A stretch of 64,000 nucleotides of DNA from Felis catus (lineage: Eukaryota). The position numbers and the translations under genes are program-made. The notes beneath the pieces were generated by a model. It was not told the DNA's origin, made no database searches, and worked only from the letters and a program-made list of their open reading frames with translations. Positions 63,697 to 64,000 of this stretch are shown here, in pieces. The DNA lies in NCBI RefSeq assembly GCF_018350175.1, contig NC_058368.1:14758001-14822000 (forward strand), given 5' to 3'. Positions within the stretch are counted from its first letter, which is position 1. Every line of letters starts with the position of its first letter.

Positions 63697-63823
63697 GGGG
63701 CGCCTCAGTGGGTTAGTCAGTTAAGCATCTGAATCTTGGTTTCAGCTCAGGTTCTCTTGGTTCACAAGTTTGAGCCCTGATAGTTCTGCTATCAGCGTGG
63801 AGCCTGCTTAGGATTCTCTCTCT
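63697..63823 (+). mobile_element. 3'-truncated CanSINE
   Basis: Stops at ggattctctctct with no tail; flanked by caagttcc at 63688-63695 and 63828-63835. Confidence 0.82.
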
Positions 63824-64000
63824 GGAACAAGTTCCACTTGTGGTTTAACATCTCTCAAAGCCAGGCCTTTTCTTGTCATCTTTCCCTTTACCCCTATCAC
63901 CACATCCGTCTAGAGCTTATTCTCCTACCTGTGGACCTTGGCATTTCCCGCCGGTGGATTTTCTCATTCCTATCTCCTTTCTCTCCAATCCATCCTGTTT

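Larger units (their letters stand above)
59595..64000 (-). other. DCLK1: DCLK1 intron upstream of the exon (partial)
   Basis: Ends in AG acceptor at 59595; no further DCX-coding exon seen. Confidence 0.8.

Noticed and set aside
1..64000. CRISPR array, operon or other novel prokaryote-like system
   Set aside because: Eukaryotic intronic DNA; recurring sequences are dispersed SINEs and microsatellites, with no repeat-spacer periodicity or gene cluster.

Overview
Mammalian genomic DNA, almost certainly from a felid or feliform carnivore: it has about 34 tRNA-derived CanSINE (SINEC_Fc-type) copies and a cat-type L1 3' end. The window lies inside the DCLK1 (doublecortin-like kinase 1) gene on the minus strand. 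The only host coding sequence I can support is one 100-bp internal exon (59495-59594, [33 protein letters not shown], end of the second DCX domain) with canonical AG/GT sites. The rest is intron filled with SINEs, L1, L2, L3/CR1, MIR, solo LTRs (ERV1-like, MER21-like, MLT1), hAT MITEs (MER5, MER20, MER58) and microsatellites. Nearly all listed ORFs are repeat-derived or chance. I found no evidence of a novel protein-coding or multi-gene system. The most interesting signals concern transposon architecture: an L1-in-SINE-in-ancient-L1 nest, SINE arrays reusing one target site, SINE-in-SINE inverted pairs near the exon, tailless SINEs, and a switch in SINE orientation along the intron. Repeat family names are from recalled consensus similarity, not a database search, and old-repeat boundaries are approximate.
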